The position numbers and the translations under genes were made by a program. The notes beneath the pieces were generated by a model. It had not been told where the DNA came from, ran no database searches, and worked only from the letters and a program-made list of their open reading frames with translations. From Camelus ferus (taxonomy: Eukaryota), in contig NC_045707.1 in the NCBI RefSeq assembly GCF_009834535.1, forward strand, positions 57,352,001 through 57,416,000: a DNA stretch of 64,000 nt, read 5' to 3'. The stretch's first letter is position 1, and each line of letters starts with the position of its first letter. This document shows, in pieces, positions 1 to 14,610 of this stretch.

Positions 1-39
1 AAGACTCTCTAAAAGGGAAGGCGGGAGGGGTCGTGTCCA

Positions 40-830
40 GGAGGAATATAGATTTTGGACATGTTGAGATATCTACTAGACACTCAAATGAAGAGTTTGA
101 GTTGGCAGCTGTATATAAAATTCTGGAGCTCAAGGGAAAGGCCAGGATTGAGATAAAATATGGGAATTACTAACGTATAGGTGGTATTTAAAGCCCAGCT
201 GGAGGATGGAAAGATGTGATGTTTGATGACTCAGCTTTGGGTAATTCCAACATTTAAAGGTTGAGAAGATGAGGAAGCACCAGCCAGGGAGGGAAGACAA
301 GAGAGTGGTGATCAGAGGCCAAGTAAACGAAATCTTTTAAGACGCTAGGAAGGATTATCTGTGTGAAATGGTAACAGGTGGGGAAAGACGTTGTCTGGAA
401 ATTGACCATTGTGATTAGCAGTGTGAAGGTCATTGATGGTCCTGACGGTTTTTTATAATAGTAGCTAAAAGCTTTATTGGTGTAGTCTCAAGGGAGGATG
501 ATAAACTGGGAGTTCGAAATTTGCAAATATTAACTACTATGTATAAAATAAAAAACAAAATTTCTTCCGTATAGCATAGGAAATTATATTCACTATCTTG
601 TAGTAACCTATAATGAAAAAGAATATGAAAACAAATACATGCATGTATATGTATGACTGAAACATACTGTACAGCAGAAATTGACACATTGTAACGGACT
701 AGACTTCAATTAAAAAAATAAGAAAAACAGAGAGTGAGAACAGGTATTTTAGGGACATTATGAACAGCATTTTGAAGAACTTTGCTTTCAAAGGGAGCAG
801 AATAGCATAGTAGCTGGAGGGAGAGGGAGA
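40..830 (-). mobile_element. L2 LINE fragment, interrupted by an L1 tail at about 490-725
   Basis: ttttggacatgttgagatatct...ttggcagctgtatata...ctggagctcaaggg...gtggtatttaaagcc resembles the antisense L2 consensus; L2-like sequence resumes at about 730. Confidence 0.7.
490..725 (+). mobile_element. Heavily 5'-truncated young L1 3'UTR with A-tail (cetartiodactyl, camelid-like)
   Basis: ...gtatagcataggaaattatattcactatcttgtagtaacctataatgaaaaagaatatg...gaaattgacacattgtaacggactagacttcaattaaaaaaaa. Confidence 0.75.
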
Positions 831-3800
831 TGTAATACTCAGCATGCTTGAGACTCCTGTGTCTGTAAGAATGATAGAACTACAGTGTCATAACAAACGT
901 GCTCAGCTTGTTGACTGCTTTTTGCCTAGTACCAATGCTTGACCCAAAGCAGATGCACCATTAGATATTTCTGGAACAATAAGTACCATTTGAGTTAAAA
1001 TAATAACCTATAATTTTTTAATGTTTAGAAATATTTCAATAGATGTTGCTTTTTGTTTTAATTGGACAAGAACAAATGAAGTGATCACAGATAATAGGAT
1101 CATTTCACATCCACACACCAATTTCCCATCTGGCTCAATTACGCTGAGCACCACATACCACCTTTATTTCAAGAAAACCATGCAATAATGACAAATCAGT
1201 TTGCTAAAAAAGAAGCTTCAGTGCAGGTAGCTTTCATTATCTACAGCAGAGTTTTTCAGATTGTGGAGAGAAGAAAGTAAATGTATTTCTCGTTAGCAGA
1301 GTAGACTTTAAGTTTGGAAAGCATCAGGAAACGATTAAGTATTTAAAAAGATGTGCAGAGTACCAGAGTTTTGTGTGAAAGGTTGACTCATTGCTAAGTG
1401 GTGGAACACATTTATTTGGTTTGAGGATGAGTGATTGTAGTACCGTAGAACTTAGGCTTGACATCTGGTGAACTACAGAGATGAGTGAAATCATGAAAAG
1501 ATAAGATTAAACATGCAGGTTGCAGATAGACAGAGGTGATTAGCTTTGATGGGTAATCGAGAGTGAGTATTTTGAGCAGCGAAGTGAAATCACCTGAACT
1601 GTATATTTATTGACTAATATGAAGTTGGCTGCCGGATTGAATGCATGGGGAAGACGAGTGTTTTACAGATACAACTGTGGGAGATTTTATTGGATGCTCC
1701 TTGAAAAAGTTTCGATGGTAAAATGAATTAGGAAATACTGGGTTTCCCAAACATCAGGTTAAGAAAAAAACTGTAAGATGTTTCTTTAGCCTGTGATATA
1801 TGTTGTGAATCTCCAAGTTGTATGGAATATGCAGATCAGTGGAACTCTTTGTTTCAGGAACCCTATTCTTTTGAAACAGTTTGACAGCTTTAAACTGTAT
1901 TATCATTGTAATCTGGATGACCTAACCTGAATTTGAGGAGGAGTTACGGGAATGGAAAGGAAGGAAGAGATAATAAAGAGCATGCCTTATTGACTAATAG
2001 GTGCTGAAAACAGGGAGAGGAGAAAGTCACAGGGGAAGCACGTGGGTCCACAAACTTGATGAGCTTGGCTTAGCTTAATGAACTTTAAGATGCTGGAGGA
2101 CAACCAAGTATAAATTACGGCTTTAACCTGGGAAGCGTTCAAGGCTGGAAACAAGTTTCAGAAGCACAGACACCATATAGTATATAGTGCAGGAGAATAA
2201 TCTGGAAATGATTCGAGCATGAGTTAGGGATGTTGAAGAAAAGGTAGCTGTAGATCCCCCACCCCCACCCCGGAAAAAAATGCAGGCTAGAGCAAAAGAC
2301 TAGTTTTAGAAACGATATGGCAACAAGTACTTGAAAGTAAGCATCATTTTCAGTATTCAGACTGAGCTATAAAAAGAAAACCAATGTAAAATCTGTTCTT
2401 ATGCTCAGCATATTAATTCCCCATGTCAGTAAAGTGGGATACCTCCTTCAGAAGTCCTGACATCCTCAGCATACTTTAGGGCAGTCGGTGTTTTGTGACA
2501 AGTCAGGAGTTCCTCACTAGTTCAGTTTTGTCATCCGTCCTGTGAGTATTACTTCATGAAGAGCCATTGTGTGCACATCGGGACCACAATCCTACAGTTC
2601 CTCTCCCTGACCTTCTCAGAGGTCTACTTTTGGGGCCTCCATTGCTCTCAAAGAAGCACTTGTTTCTTATAAATGTGCTTGTAAGCACTTGCAGGTAAAT
2701 CATGAAAAGTGGAGGAATTTATAGGATGGCTGAAAGGCTGAAAAAGCATCACCACCAGAAATAGAACCATTAAAAAAAAATCAGAAACCTGAGATTAAAT
2801 AAAATACAATACAGTATGTCCTTTGTTGTTTAATATCCTTTGCATAATTAAGTCTACCTGCATTTATGTGCAGAAGGAAATGCTCGTAGCAAACATGTAG
2901 ATGCATTTTCAAGGTCAGAATGTAGAGTTTGGAAGAAAAAGATGGAGCAGACGGTAAGCTCATAGGAAAATGAAGTCAGCCAGCTCTCCCCAGATGGTCA
3001 GTTTTATACTGTTTTCTTTTTTTTTTTTTTTTTTTTGTAGTTTGTGAATTAGGCACCTGTGTTTTCTTCAGCTCACTCCCTGCTCTGTGAATTCTTGCAG
3101 TTGACATTTTAATTGCAAATAAAAACAATAAATCCTGATTTTTTTCCACCCCTAAAACCCTCATGTTTCTGATTTTTTCTGGGGATGAAATAACATTTAT
3201 TGATATTTTGAAATTCCTAAAATGCTTATTTGAATTTTACAGTTGATTGCCTGGTATGATAGTAGTTGAACTCCCATAAAGGATTTTCTTTTGCGCTTCT
3301 CAGGAGACTGGCTTGATAATTTTAAAGAACTAATTCAATTAAAAAATGTATGTATGTTTTCTATAGGGTGTATTTTTTAAAGGAGAGCTGTGATTCATGA
3401 TAAAAATAGCCATATTGATTTCATAGCTCATTTAGTTTAAAATGTTTCTTGAATGTGACAGTCACATGTTAAGTACATCATCCACCCCCATACATAAAAA
3501 GAATATAATGCCTTTAAAATACACCATGATTTAAGTAAACAATGTGGTTTTTCTCGGTCACTGCTTTCGAACTTCTATGGCATTTGAACTGGCATTCTAC
3601 TATCAAAATGTCAGATAAAAATAGTAAGGCTACATCTATCAGTGCTTAACAAACCAACACAATAATTTCCTCTTTCTTTTGCATCGTTTATATGCATTAA
3701 TGTGTTGATATTGAGATGCATGTAGAAAAGGGATCCCTGAGAGAGACATATTAGTCTTTTTCTTTACCTGTCAGAGATAGCCTTGATAAATGTAACAAAA

Positions 3801-4589
3801 ATAAATGGATTTAAAGCATTATTAAACTGTGATGAAGTTCTTGCACCTGAGTTAAGGTATTCAGCATGTGTATAATTAAAGATAATATAAATATCTGCTC
3901 AGTAAATTATGGCAGGAGTGGCTTATGTTAATGCCATTTGAAAAATAATGCCTTTCAAATTAAACTTGTTTATGAGTAATTTGTTTTGCATTTAAAAATG
4001 TGAGTTCATATTCAGATTTAAGTGTTGGGATATTATCTTATTCAAAAGATGAAACAAAGCTAAGCTTATTTAATCTTTTCTCAAATGGAAAAAACCCAGT
4101 TATTTGCTATAAATGCAGGAGCTTGTTGAACAAATCATTTCAAGTTTATTGCATTTGCCTGTTTGTTTTGAGTCAATTAGATCCTAATGACTCATGAACT
4201 AGAAAAGGTACAAGTATAATTTTAAGGACATCTAGTGGTCTATGGGATTACATTTTTTTTCCTCTGACAAGACTATATTAAGTTATTTTTAATCTAATAT
4301 GAAGTTGCAGCATCTGTTTTTACCCAATTGAAGGTTTTAGTTGTGAATTTTAAAATTGACTCCTCAGGCTTAGAGTCTACAACCCAGCCTCCAAACTTCA
4401 TCTCCTAGAACTCCCTTAAAATTACATTTAAAAAATGTTTCTGATAACATTTTTATGTGTACAGAGATTGAATTACAGTTTTAGAGTCAGTTCTGAACAG
4501 TCTTTTGAGCAGTATGTGTTGAATAGCATTGAGCAAGTCAACTCTGCTCCAAAATATTTCCTCCATCTTCTGGACAGATATCTTCTTCT

Positions 4590-5120
4590 GACTCATTTGT
4601 TTAATTCAGTCAATACTTAATGAATACCTGTCAAGTTACAGGCCTTCAGCAAGGCATGGACATCAAAGGAGAACCAAAAACAATCGTGGTTCTTGTTCTC
4701 ATGAAGCTTACAGTCTCTAGGAGAGAGAGGGAGAGAGACAATAGTCAAATAATCATAGAGATAGATGTAAAATTACAGTAACAGTAAGTACTGGGAAACA
4801 AAGACAGATGGTACTCTGAAAGAACCGTGGCACATGGTAGGAATTTAATAGTAGGAACAAATTTGTTGGCCAGATTAATGAAAAATGATTGAATGAAAAG
4901 GATAACATGGAAAATTATCCTAGAGAACATTTCCCTGAGGAAGTTATGTTTGAGCTGAGATCTGAAGCATGAATAAGCATTCAGCTGGTAAAGAGTATAG
5001 GAAAGAGGGTCTCAAACAAAAATAAAAACAAGGCTTTGTGGCAAGATAGACCATGGCAGATGAAAAAGTGATTCTGTAATAGGAGTTCAGAATAGAACAT
5101 GGTGTCAGAAGATGCTGGCG
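4590..5120 (-). mobile_element. L2 3' end
   Basis: tcatttgtttaattcagtcaatacttaatgaatacc...ctcatgaagcttacagtct...gaggaagttatgtttgagctgagatctgaag. Confidence 0.65.
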
Positions 5121-5124
5121 TGGT

Positions 5125-6310
5125 TAGTCTTTGTTCACAGACAAAATGACTGTCTATGTAGAAAATCCTACAAAATCTACCAAAAAGGCTACTAAAACAA
5201 ATAAATGACTTTAGTAAGGAGACAAGATATAAGGTTAACATGAAAATATCAATCATATTTCTATATAACAGCAATAAACAGTTGGAACTAAAATTTTAAA
5301 AAGTAATATTTATGATAGCATTAGAATCATGAAATAGTCACATTTAACAAAATTTGTGCAAGAATTAGATCCTAAGAACTACAAACCATTGCTGAGAGAA
5401 ATTGAAAACTTAAATAAATGGTGTTGTATACTATGTTCTTGGAGTTGGAGGACTCAACACTGTAAAGATGTCAGTTTTTCCCAGATTGTTACATAGATGC
5501 AATACAATTCCAGTTTAAATGTTAGCAGTCTTTTTTAGGCAGAATAACAATTCACAACTTAATTGTAAGATTTATTTGAAAATGCAGAGGTTGCAGAAGA
5601 GCAAAATTGAAAAACAAGAATGGAGTTAGAGGGTTTACGTTGCTATTTCATTTCATAACTGACTATAAAGATATAGTAAATCAAGAAAGTGTGATATTAG
5701 TGCAAGTATTGATATTCAGATCAATCAAAAATCGGATGGAGTTCAGAAATAGGCCCGCAAATGTATATTGATATTCAACAGTTGTGCTGGGGAAGCTCAA
5801 TGGGGAAAGGCTGGTCCTGTCAATAAATGGTACTATAAAAATTGAATACTCACATACAGAAAATTGAACCTAACCCTTCACATCATACTCAAAAATCAAC
5901 TCAAAATGGGTCTAAGTCTAAATATAAGACCTAAAACTATATTCTTTTAAAAGAAAGTATAGAAGAAACTCTTTGAGACCTTGGGCTAATCCAGAATTTC
6001 TTAGGCTGAATGGAAAATGCATGAACCATAATAGAAAATGATAATAAATTTTACATTGTTGGTATTGTTAAGAAAGGTATTGTTAAATTTGCAGTTAAAA
6101 GATATTGTTAAAAAATTAAAAGACAAGCCAAGGAATAGAAGAAAATATTTGCAAAACATATCTAATAAATGATTTGTATCTGGAATATGTAAAGAACTCT
6201 TAAAACTCAACAATTAAACAAAATAAATTACCCAATTAAAAAATAAACACAAGATTTGGATAGACACTCCACTAAAGAAGATGTACAGATGGCAAGTCAG
6301 CATATGAAGA
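5125..6310 (+). mobile_element. Degenerate L1M ORF2 fragment (reverse transcriptase core to C-terminal region)
   Basis: tctttgttcacagacaaaatgactgtctatgtagaaaatcct corresponds to SLFADDMIVYVENP, followed by decayed ORF2-like sequence to gaagatgtacagatggca; many stops and frameshifts. Confidence 0.9.
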
Positions 6311-7199
6311 TGAAAGATGTAGTAGAGATGTGAATATTGATTTAGAACATGTTGGAAACATTCTTATGATTGGTACACATTTGTGTATACAGCAAACTAT
6401 TTTTAATTAGGACCCAATGACAAAAACAAGTCTGAACAATTTCAACTAAATATTGAGTAGTGTAGTAGAAAAAAGTCTGGTCTGGGTTTCAGAGTATCTT
6501 AGTCCTAGTTCTGGCTTCATCACTGACATTTCAGACTACAAAGTCTTAAATATGATGAACCATCACATCCAGTGACAAAGCATCTTTTTTCCTCCTTGCT
6601 GAAGTGGCCATTTCTCAGACACCTGCATACCAAATCCTGAAACGAGGCTCTATTATCAGAAACTGTATTCAATGTTGGATGAGAATACCTATTTGGTTAT
6701 GGAAGCGTATAATTTAATCTAAATCCTGAAGTTAAATAATAGATAAAAACTAACAAACAAAAAAACACCCATTCTTTGAGAACAACTGTTTTTATGAAGG
6801 CACCTATCTCAAAAAAGTACCTCAGAAAAAAGTAGAATTACTAGAATAAATAGAATACATGCTTTAATTAAAGTATCAGAGAAAATCAAGAAAATAATAA
6901 GCTGATAAGAAAAAGAGACAATCACAAAGAGAAAGTTTGGAAATAAAAGAGATGGAAGGTGTAATACCTGGGAAAAGTCAGAACAAAAATATAGCAGAAT
7001 AATATTAAAATATCAGTTCAAATAGAATTCAAGCCAAAATTAAGTGTGACAGAGGGTGATATTTAGTAGAGAAACATTACTAAGAAACTATTAGGATCCT
7101 AAACCTTTCTGTACCTACCATCAGTTTAGAAATTATGTGTGTGAGGCAAAAACTGTTAGTGGAAAAAATCAGCAATTCACACAACTTTCTCAGAGATTG

Positions 7200-8250
7200 A
7201 CAGTTAATAGACAGTAAAAAGGAAAACTACTTGAAATTTCAATAAATCACTTAAGCTTGAGCACACATTTTATTTATGTTTGTATCTGTAGTATCCATTG
7301 TTTTCAGCCATCTGTGGATTATTTATCATGTATGATTCCAAAAATATTGTTAAAATCCAAAATGAAAACTCACAGGGCAATTTTCTCTGATCAATATATG
7401 ACATCAAAAGTAAAGAATACAGGTATAATCCTCTTAAAAACATGCCCCTAGAAAAAGTTGTTTTGCTCTAAACAACATTTACCTTAACAAATTAAAATTA
7501 AATGGTGGACTACAAAGAAATGATCCATCAAAAGAAGCAAGATACAGCTACAGTGGGATTCTGAGAAAAAAATAGGGTCATTAAAACACACACACACACA
7601 TCTAAGCAAATGATAAAGAAGGAAGCAATATGAATAAAAGCAGGTTACTAAATATAAGTGGCAATAAAACAAAATATATTTTATAAAATCAAATGCTAGA
7701 TCTTTGAAAAGACGTAAAATGAATATATTTTCATGTTTGATCAAGGAAAAGAATAGTGATACAAATAAATAACTTTGAAATGAGAAATAGAACATAACTA
7801 TAGATATTGAAGAGATATTTTTAAAGTATCAAGTAATATATACAACTTTAGAGCAAAAAAAAAAGAAAATTAGGTGAAATGTACATTGTAAAACCATAGA
7901 AATTTTCTAAACTGACCACAAACTGGTAGAAAATCATAATAGCCCCAAAACAGAGGAAATTAAAATGAAAAAAAAAAAAAGCTAAAACTTATCTTTAATG
8001 AAGGCCTCATGTCCAGATGAAGGTACAAAGATCTGTTCTTCAAATAACAGGCACTTCTAAAATATTTTAACTATTCCAGAGCTTATGTTAAAAATAATGG
8101 GAACATATTTGGTAACTCAGTAAGTAAAATACTAAATAGAATTCTGTTAATTGTAATATAAAGAATGATCTGATGACAAAGAAAAGTCATCAGAAAACTG
8201 AATTGTAAAGAAATGAAATCAACTAATACCTATGATTAAAATTCTTAGTA
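7200..8250 (+). mobile_element. Very old A-rich L1 (L1ME-like) ORF2 5' fragment
   Basis: ttctctgatcaat, ataaaatcaaatgctagatctttgaaaag (INKTKSWFFEK-like) and tccagatga (GPDG-like) occur in the expected order; strong A skew. Confidence 0.6.
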
Positions 8251-11200
8251 AAATAATGAACTTGAGGAGTTAGAGAAAATTAAGTAAAATAGTTACTTCA
8301 GTCTTAAGCTATTCATTTAGCTAAATTATTTTGAATCATTTTTAGAAAGAATGTATGAAAATAGTCTTGATAATATAAATAAAAGTTTTACATATTTTTT
8401 TAAACTAAAAAAAAGTAAAGTAAAGGACTGGAATTCACATTTACCTTATAAACCTCCCCAAGATACGAATTTATTTTATAATTAGGGAAAAAAAGTATTC
8501 AAGTTTGTTTTTTATAATTTTAAATTTTATTTAATACATTATGTAATTGTACAACCAAATAACTCTTCATTAGTCAATATTAGTTTGCTTTGCAAATGCA
8601 GTAAGTTACTAAACAATTATTTTTCCTTCTTCTTTATTCCCAAGATTTGGTTTATAAAAGAAACATCAATAGAAAGTCTGACAAAGCAGCCCCAGGGAGT
8701 CTAACATAATGAGGAGAAACTCATTATTTTATAATTTTTGCTTGGAATTTTAAATCATCTTTTATACAGCTTGATAATAATAATAATGTTCTCAACAAAA
8801 TACATAAACTATTCACCACAGCAATTTCTGCCAACACCAAGCTTCACTTTGTCTTCTAATCAACTTTTAAAGACAGATAGCACCGCACTAACCTCAGCAT
8901 ACAATTCTCAAAGTATCTAAGAGACTGATGACAGTATGATATAGTAGTGATAAGATAACAGAGGAAACATATTATTAAGTAGCTTGATAGCAGAATAATA
9001 TATCAAAGTGTCAGTTTAGATAAAAACATTCATCCATTCTCTAGTACAGGAGATATGCCAGGACATGAAAAGTTAAATTTACAAGGTTTCTTTATAAGGA
9101 GCTCTTTGAAAACACTCAACTTGATTGGGAGACCCTCCAGCAATTTCCTGATAAAATCTTTCCCTTCTCATTTCCTGAGCACTATGAAAAGGAAATTGGG
9201 ATGTACCCATAATAATCAGGAAAACAATCCCAATTTTACAATATACATAGGTGGAATTACTACCATTATAAAAGCTTGCTTGTTTTTTGGGTACTAATCT
9301 GGGGAAATGCTAAAACGCATGGAGCCCAAGAATCTTTATCTTTTTGAGACTAGTATTATAAGATACCAGACAATAATTATTTAACTTTTATTGAGAAAAC
9401 ATTAGACAGGTAAGAAGTTTATGAAAGGGAAGATAAATGCATAGACTTCAATTTAAAGTTAAATTTAAAGCTCTGTGAAAGGTGTTTTTTCACCCAACTG
9501 CATCTAAAATCAGTTGAGGTCATAAGTGAAGTGTAAATAAGGAGGAATGTGGATGGAGAAGCTGCGTAGCTGCTGATGCACTGTTGAAGTGTCATGCTGC
9601 TCATCTGTGCGTGAGGGCTGTATACATACAGCTGTACACTCGGTACTTCATTGGCTAATGAAGAAGTGCTCATTATATTCATTTTCTGAGAAATTTCACA
9701 CTTTGCCTACAAAGTGTAGTTTGGACCGTGTACTTCAAAATACCTCCCCAGAAAGTTTAAAATAAGCCTTCCCTAAACATTTTCACAAGTGCTAAAATAA
9801 ACTCTGATCCACTTTCCAAGTCATACCCGTGGTTCTTACTTCACCCACTTGTAGAAGATTAAATTTGATCATTATAAAAAGATGGAGTCCAGCCCCTTAA
9901 ATCTTCATTTCTCAGAATTCACATTTTGTGAGAAATCTAAATCTTGTCAAATAGGGCTTGATGTAGTACCATTGTTAACTAGTGAATACAAATACTTATA
10001 TAAATATAACAATAACATTTAATTCCATACAAGCATTTCTATTCAACAAACAATTTTTAAGTGCTCCCAATTGTCATGATTCTGTGTTGCATACAATGGA
10101 GTATACAAAAACTGACAGGACACAAGTGTTTTAGTATTTAGCATTAAAAAGGGCAGTAGGTTGTTCAACTTCTTCCAGACGTGCAAAAACAGATTTTGGC
10201 CGTGTCTAATTCCTCATAGATTCCCCAAACACAGTCAAGTCAGGTGTTCATTTGCATGGATGCCAAGAAGGTTGAAAACAAGAAATTTCACTGTTCTTAG
10301 GGATAAAATTATAATTGACTGTCATTATGGAGAGACATAAATGCAAGATTAAAAAGAAAAGTGAGGTGAAAATATAGAAGAAAGGGAAAGGCATCAAATG
10401 TAATAGAGTTAAAAGCTCAAACAAAAAAAGTGAAACTTTTGATTTCCTGAGATCTCAGGTAATGGTGGGCAAATCAAGCTTTAATTTTAGCTGCTGGGGA
10501 AAATTAGATGACATTTTTTTAAGGAAAGAAGAAAAGAGAAAGAAGAAAACACTGAATATAGTTCCTAGAAAAACTGGGAACACATTACTCATTCCAACCA
10601 CGGAACAGGAATTGTTTAACAAAGAAAGCCATCTTAAGCTTTGTATACCTAAAGATTTGTTTATTGGGTACCTAATCACTTTCAAATGAAACAGGTACCT
10701 ACCACTTCAGAGACTCTTAGCAACTACAGCTTTTCCCTTTATAGCATAAAGTGTTGCTCTGGTTGCAGTAGCTTTGGCAAACACTTTTTGAGCAGAGTCT
10801 GGGCTGGCGTTTTTCATTCTATAAATTCATGATTTAAAAATTCTAGTATTGTCAAACTTTTTGTGATACACTGCAGTGTCATCCCAAATCCCAGGAAGAA
10901 AAGTCATTCAGCATTTGATAATACACATGAAGTGGGATTGTTTTTAACAGCATAGTAGATGAAGTTTTAAATTTGAGCACATTTAAATTGACCTCTCTCT
11001 TCAGTTGGTCTGCATTTAAGGAACGTGGCAAGTTGTGGCTGGAACAAAACGGAGATGACTGTTGAATAAGAAGGACACACTGGTTGTCATGTCTCAGTAA
11101 CTTGTAAATTGACAGTTTCCTTTCCTATCACAGCAATAGAAGTGCAAAAAATAATCGGCTATTTTAATTTATTGGTACACATGTTCTGTTGTGCAGCATT

Positions 11201-11539
11201 AGATTTTTAAACTGAGCATTCTTCGGTCCAATTTTTAGATACATCATAAAGCTAGCAGTAAGTCAATATTTCATGTACACTATTTAAAATGTAGTCTTAA
11301 TAATGACTTGTACAGTACTGTACATAAAATACTGACCTATGGCTAGATTTTGTTGTTCATAGCCATTCTACTTAAACTTAGTTATTCAAGTATGAGAGTA
11401 TGTCTTTAAAAAGAGGACCACCTAGTCACCTTATCAAAGGAAATTTGAGTAGCATAATTCCATTCCTATAATTTTAATTTCCTTTTCAAACATTGCCACT
11501 AATAGAACAGGAAGTGAGGACTCACAGAAAGAAAGGTTA

Positions 11540-11680
11540 TAAGAAAAGATGGTAGGTATTGATCTCACCTACAACTCATGTGCCAGGCACTCTATATGCA
11601 AATCTCATTATGATTATATTCTCATTCATACCTCAAGATAACTGTATAAAATCACTATTACCAAATTTTATATTCCCAGG
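11540..11680 (-). mobile_element. MIR fragment
   Basis: atgtgccaggcactcta...ctcattcatacctcaagataactgt...attaccaaatttta. Confidence 0.55.
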
Positions 11681-12049
11681 TCTCACTTTTAGCTTATATC
11701 CATATTTTCCAACTGCTTGGTGCAATGGTAAATCACTTTATATAATCCCTAATTAATCCTGCATGGAGGGATCTTATTTAGACAGGAAAAGAATAAACAG
11801 GGAAAAGTGTCACCCTCTTATTATTTTCTTTTAAAATAATTTTTATCTTTGAGGTGGTGATACTTTTCTTCTACATGGTTATTCTTGTTACTTACTAAAT
11901 TTGTTGACACCATTTGCTTAAATAAGTAAAACAGCAGCCACAAATATTGATGAAACAGGCTAAGTCGTGTGGCTGTATTCACTAGTCAGTCCTTTTCTGC
12001 TGGAGAGACATCTGTTGAGACCTGTGCACCCCCTTGGGGTCCTAATTCT

Positions 12050-12800
12050 TCTCCCCACCTGTGCTGTCCATATCTTGCTGTCCCCACTGCCCCCACTGAG
12101 TCTAAGCTTCCGCCATGTCTTACCCAGGCCACTATAACAGCCTTCCTCCTAGCTGGCTTCCTGCACATACCTTTGATCCACAGTATCTAGTATTTCAAAC
12201 AATAGTTGGTGATACTTATAAAATGTGAATCAAATCATACCATTCTTCTTCCAAAAACTCTCCAGTGGCTTTCTTTAGTAATTACACTAACATATAATCT
12301 TCTTACAAAATCTTTGCACCCAATCTAGCCCCTGTTTACGTCTCAGACTTTGTTTCCTGTACAGTGGTGTGCTCGGAATGGTACTTTCTGCCTTGGGATT
12401 GCTGATTGTTGAGAATTTTGCAAGCCAGTGATACCACGTTGGTGGCTTGAAACTGGCCATGGTAGGAATATTTACACTACAGAATCGGCAAATGCTACAA
12501 ATCAGGGCCTTTTCTGTTTTGTCCCTGTGTTTTGAAGAGCTAGTTGTTAATCATTTACTGGCACACTGTGCTTGCTGTTGCTAATCTGCCCTCCTCATTG
12601 TGTTTCACTGACACTGGTTTTCTCTGTTCTAATATGTAGGCTCGGTCCGCTCAGTTTAGGCCCTTGTTGTTCTCTTTGTCTGGATGCCCCTCCTTTGGGT
12701 TTTCATCTGGCTGGCTCCTTCTCAACATTCAAGTCTCAGTCCTAAAGTCACCTTGTCAGAGAGGCTTTCCATGACTATCTTAACAAGGACTACCATATGT
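12050..12800 (+). mobile_element. L2 fragment split by MER63
   Basis: actataacagccttcctcctagctggcttcctg...aaaatgtgaatcaaatcat...aaaactctccagtggctt; resumes with ttcaagtctcagtcctaaagtcaccttgtcagagaggctttcc. Confidence 0.7.
12362..12568. mobile_element. MER63-like hAT-Blackjack non-autonomous DNA transposon
   Basis: Terminal inverted repeats cagtggtgtgc...gcacactg; internal cacgttggtggcttgaaactggccatggtaggaatatttacac...gctacaaatcagggc. Confidence 0.8.
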
Positions 12801-12871
12801 GACTCCAGTTTCTCAAGAATATCAGCCTTGTCCCTGCAACCTCAGAATAGTGCCTTTAAAGTCATGTCCTC

Positions 12872-13290
12872 TTGTATCAGTTATTTTGTATTTGGTTGCC
12901 AGTCACAGAAAACCAAATAGTAAAGGATATATTTGCCTCACAGACAAGGATCATGGGGTTGCTGAGTTCAAGGCTAGGACACAGGGCAGTGTTGCCCTCA
13001 AGGGCTACGCCCCTTCCTTCTTCCTACTCCACCTTTGTTAGCGTGTGACAGTCATATTCATGATCACACAATGGCCAATTCATCTCTAGGCACATTAAAG
13101 CATTATAGCTGGCAAGAGACTGGGGAAGGAGGAAGGATGCAAAGACCAAAACACTGAAGCATATGCCAGCAGTTTGTCCATCATAGAGCCTTCCTGGAAG
13201 CCATAGCCAGAGACTTAACACAGCAACTTAGCCAAATGACAAGAGTCTGGAAAGAGGAAGTATGTTTGCTTCCCAGCTTCTGTGGTAGAA
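12872..13290. mobile_element. Old MaLR/ERVL-type solo LTR remnant (MLT1/LTR33-like)
   Basis: Begins tgtatcagtta...tttggttgccagtcacagaaaacc; later ccttcctggaagcc. Confidence 0.45.
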
Positions 13291-13849
13291 GGTAAGGAAT
13301 ATGAGGGTTTTAGATGGCTAGGGGGTAGGTAATTCACATTGTTTTCCATAGCACTCAATAGATTTTTATGGAAATAGGGTGCAGTATGCTTTAAATGACC
13401 CAGTGCCATCTTCATCCAAGTTCCAGATGCAAATGAATCATGGGTCAAACTTGGCAGTCTAAATGTCAGCTCAGGTAATAAAACTTCATCATTAAGGATA
13501 GAATATATGAAAATTGAACTATTCCTGATCACTGGAGGCTCATTTCACTTTAATTCCAGTATTTTATTGTTGTTTTTGGTTATACTGTTCAACGTATTTT
13601 AAAGGAAGTCTGTCCAAAATATATTATCTTACTGTCAGGCAATTGATGATCTGATCATTTTGATGATTAAGATATGTTATCAATATGAACACACTGATTA
13701 TACTATAATCAAAGAGTTACCATCTACAGCTTTGGGCAGTATTGTATCTGTTTGCCTTACCTTGCGATGGTCCATTCCATGATGCTATATTTAAAAAATA
13801 AGTTTCCTATACCTTTATTGTTTTATTTCTAATCCCTTTTCCATAGCAG

Positions 13850-14085
13850 GATAGAGAAATAAATAAGAGCATGGGCCCTGGAGTCAAACACATCTGGTTT
13901 TGAATCCTTGCCCTACCATTTACTAGTTGTATAGCCTTGAGCCAGAAAATTCATTTTTCTGAGGTTTAGTTGTTTTTTATTTTTCTCTAACTGTACAATG
14001 GAAACAATAGTAATCCTTATATATTTGTGAGAATTTTATAAGATGACTTAAGTAAGGCAAGTAAACACTGAATAAATGATGGCCA
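13850..14085 (+). mobile_element. MIR
   Basis: aagagcatgggccctggagtcaaac...tttgaatcc...catttactagttgtatagccttgagc...ctgtacaatgg. Confidence 0.75.
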
Positions 14086-14419
14086 TTAACTCATTTTGTT
14101 TTGGATCACATATTAAACTATTGGTAATCTGTAAAGTGCATTTGTGAACCACTTTCTACATCAGCACCATCTGTGATGACTAATGAAAGGGCAGATTTCA
14201 AGGCTTCACCCTCAGCCTCCTTTTTTTAATCTCGATTTTTAATTAATGGTCCAGGGTTAAATTTTTAGCTGACTAATCTTTGAGAACCACTGCTTTCAGC
14301 TCTCAAGCAAGGATTTGTTGATCAGATTAGCTTAATCTCTGTTCACAACCTTGGAGAAGAAATGCTGGGAATGATTTTAAGAATGTGGATTCCTGAGTCA
14401 TGTCTCGAATGTAGTTCAG

Positions 14420-14610
14420 ATTCTAGAGCCATATTGCCAGGAGTCAGATCCTAACTCTACAACTTACTATCTCTTTCCCTGGAGAAATACTTCTAACTCT
14501 GTGGGTGTCAGTTTCCTTTTCTATAAAATGGAGATACCTCATAGTGCTAGGAGAAGTAAAATGTGAAAATCCATGCCATACTAAACACTATATGTGACAG
14601 CAATTAGTAT
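14420..14610 (+). mobile_element. MIR
   Basis: tctagagcca...tcctaactctacaacttact...gtcagtttccttttctataaaatggagat. Confidence 0.7.
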
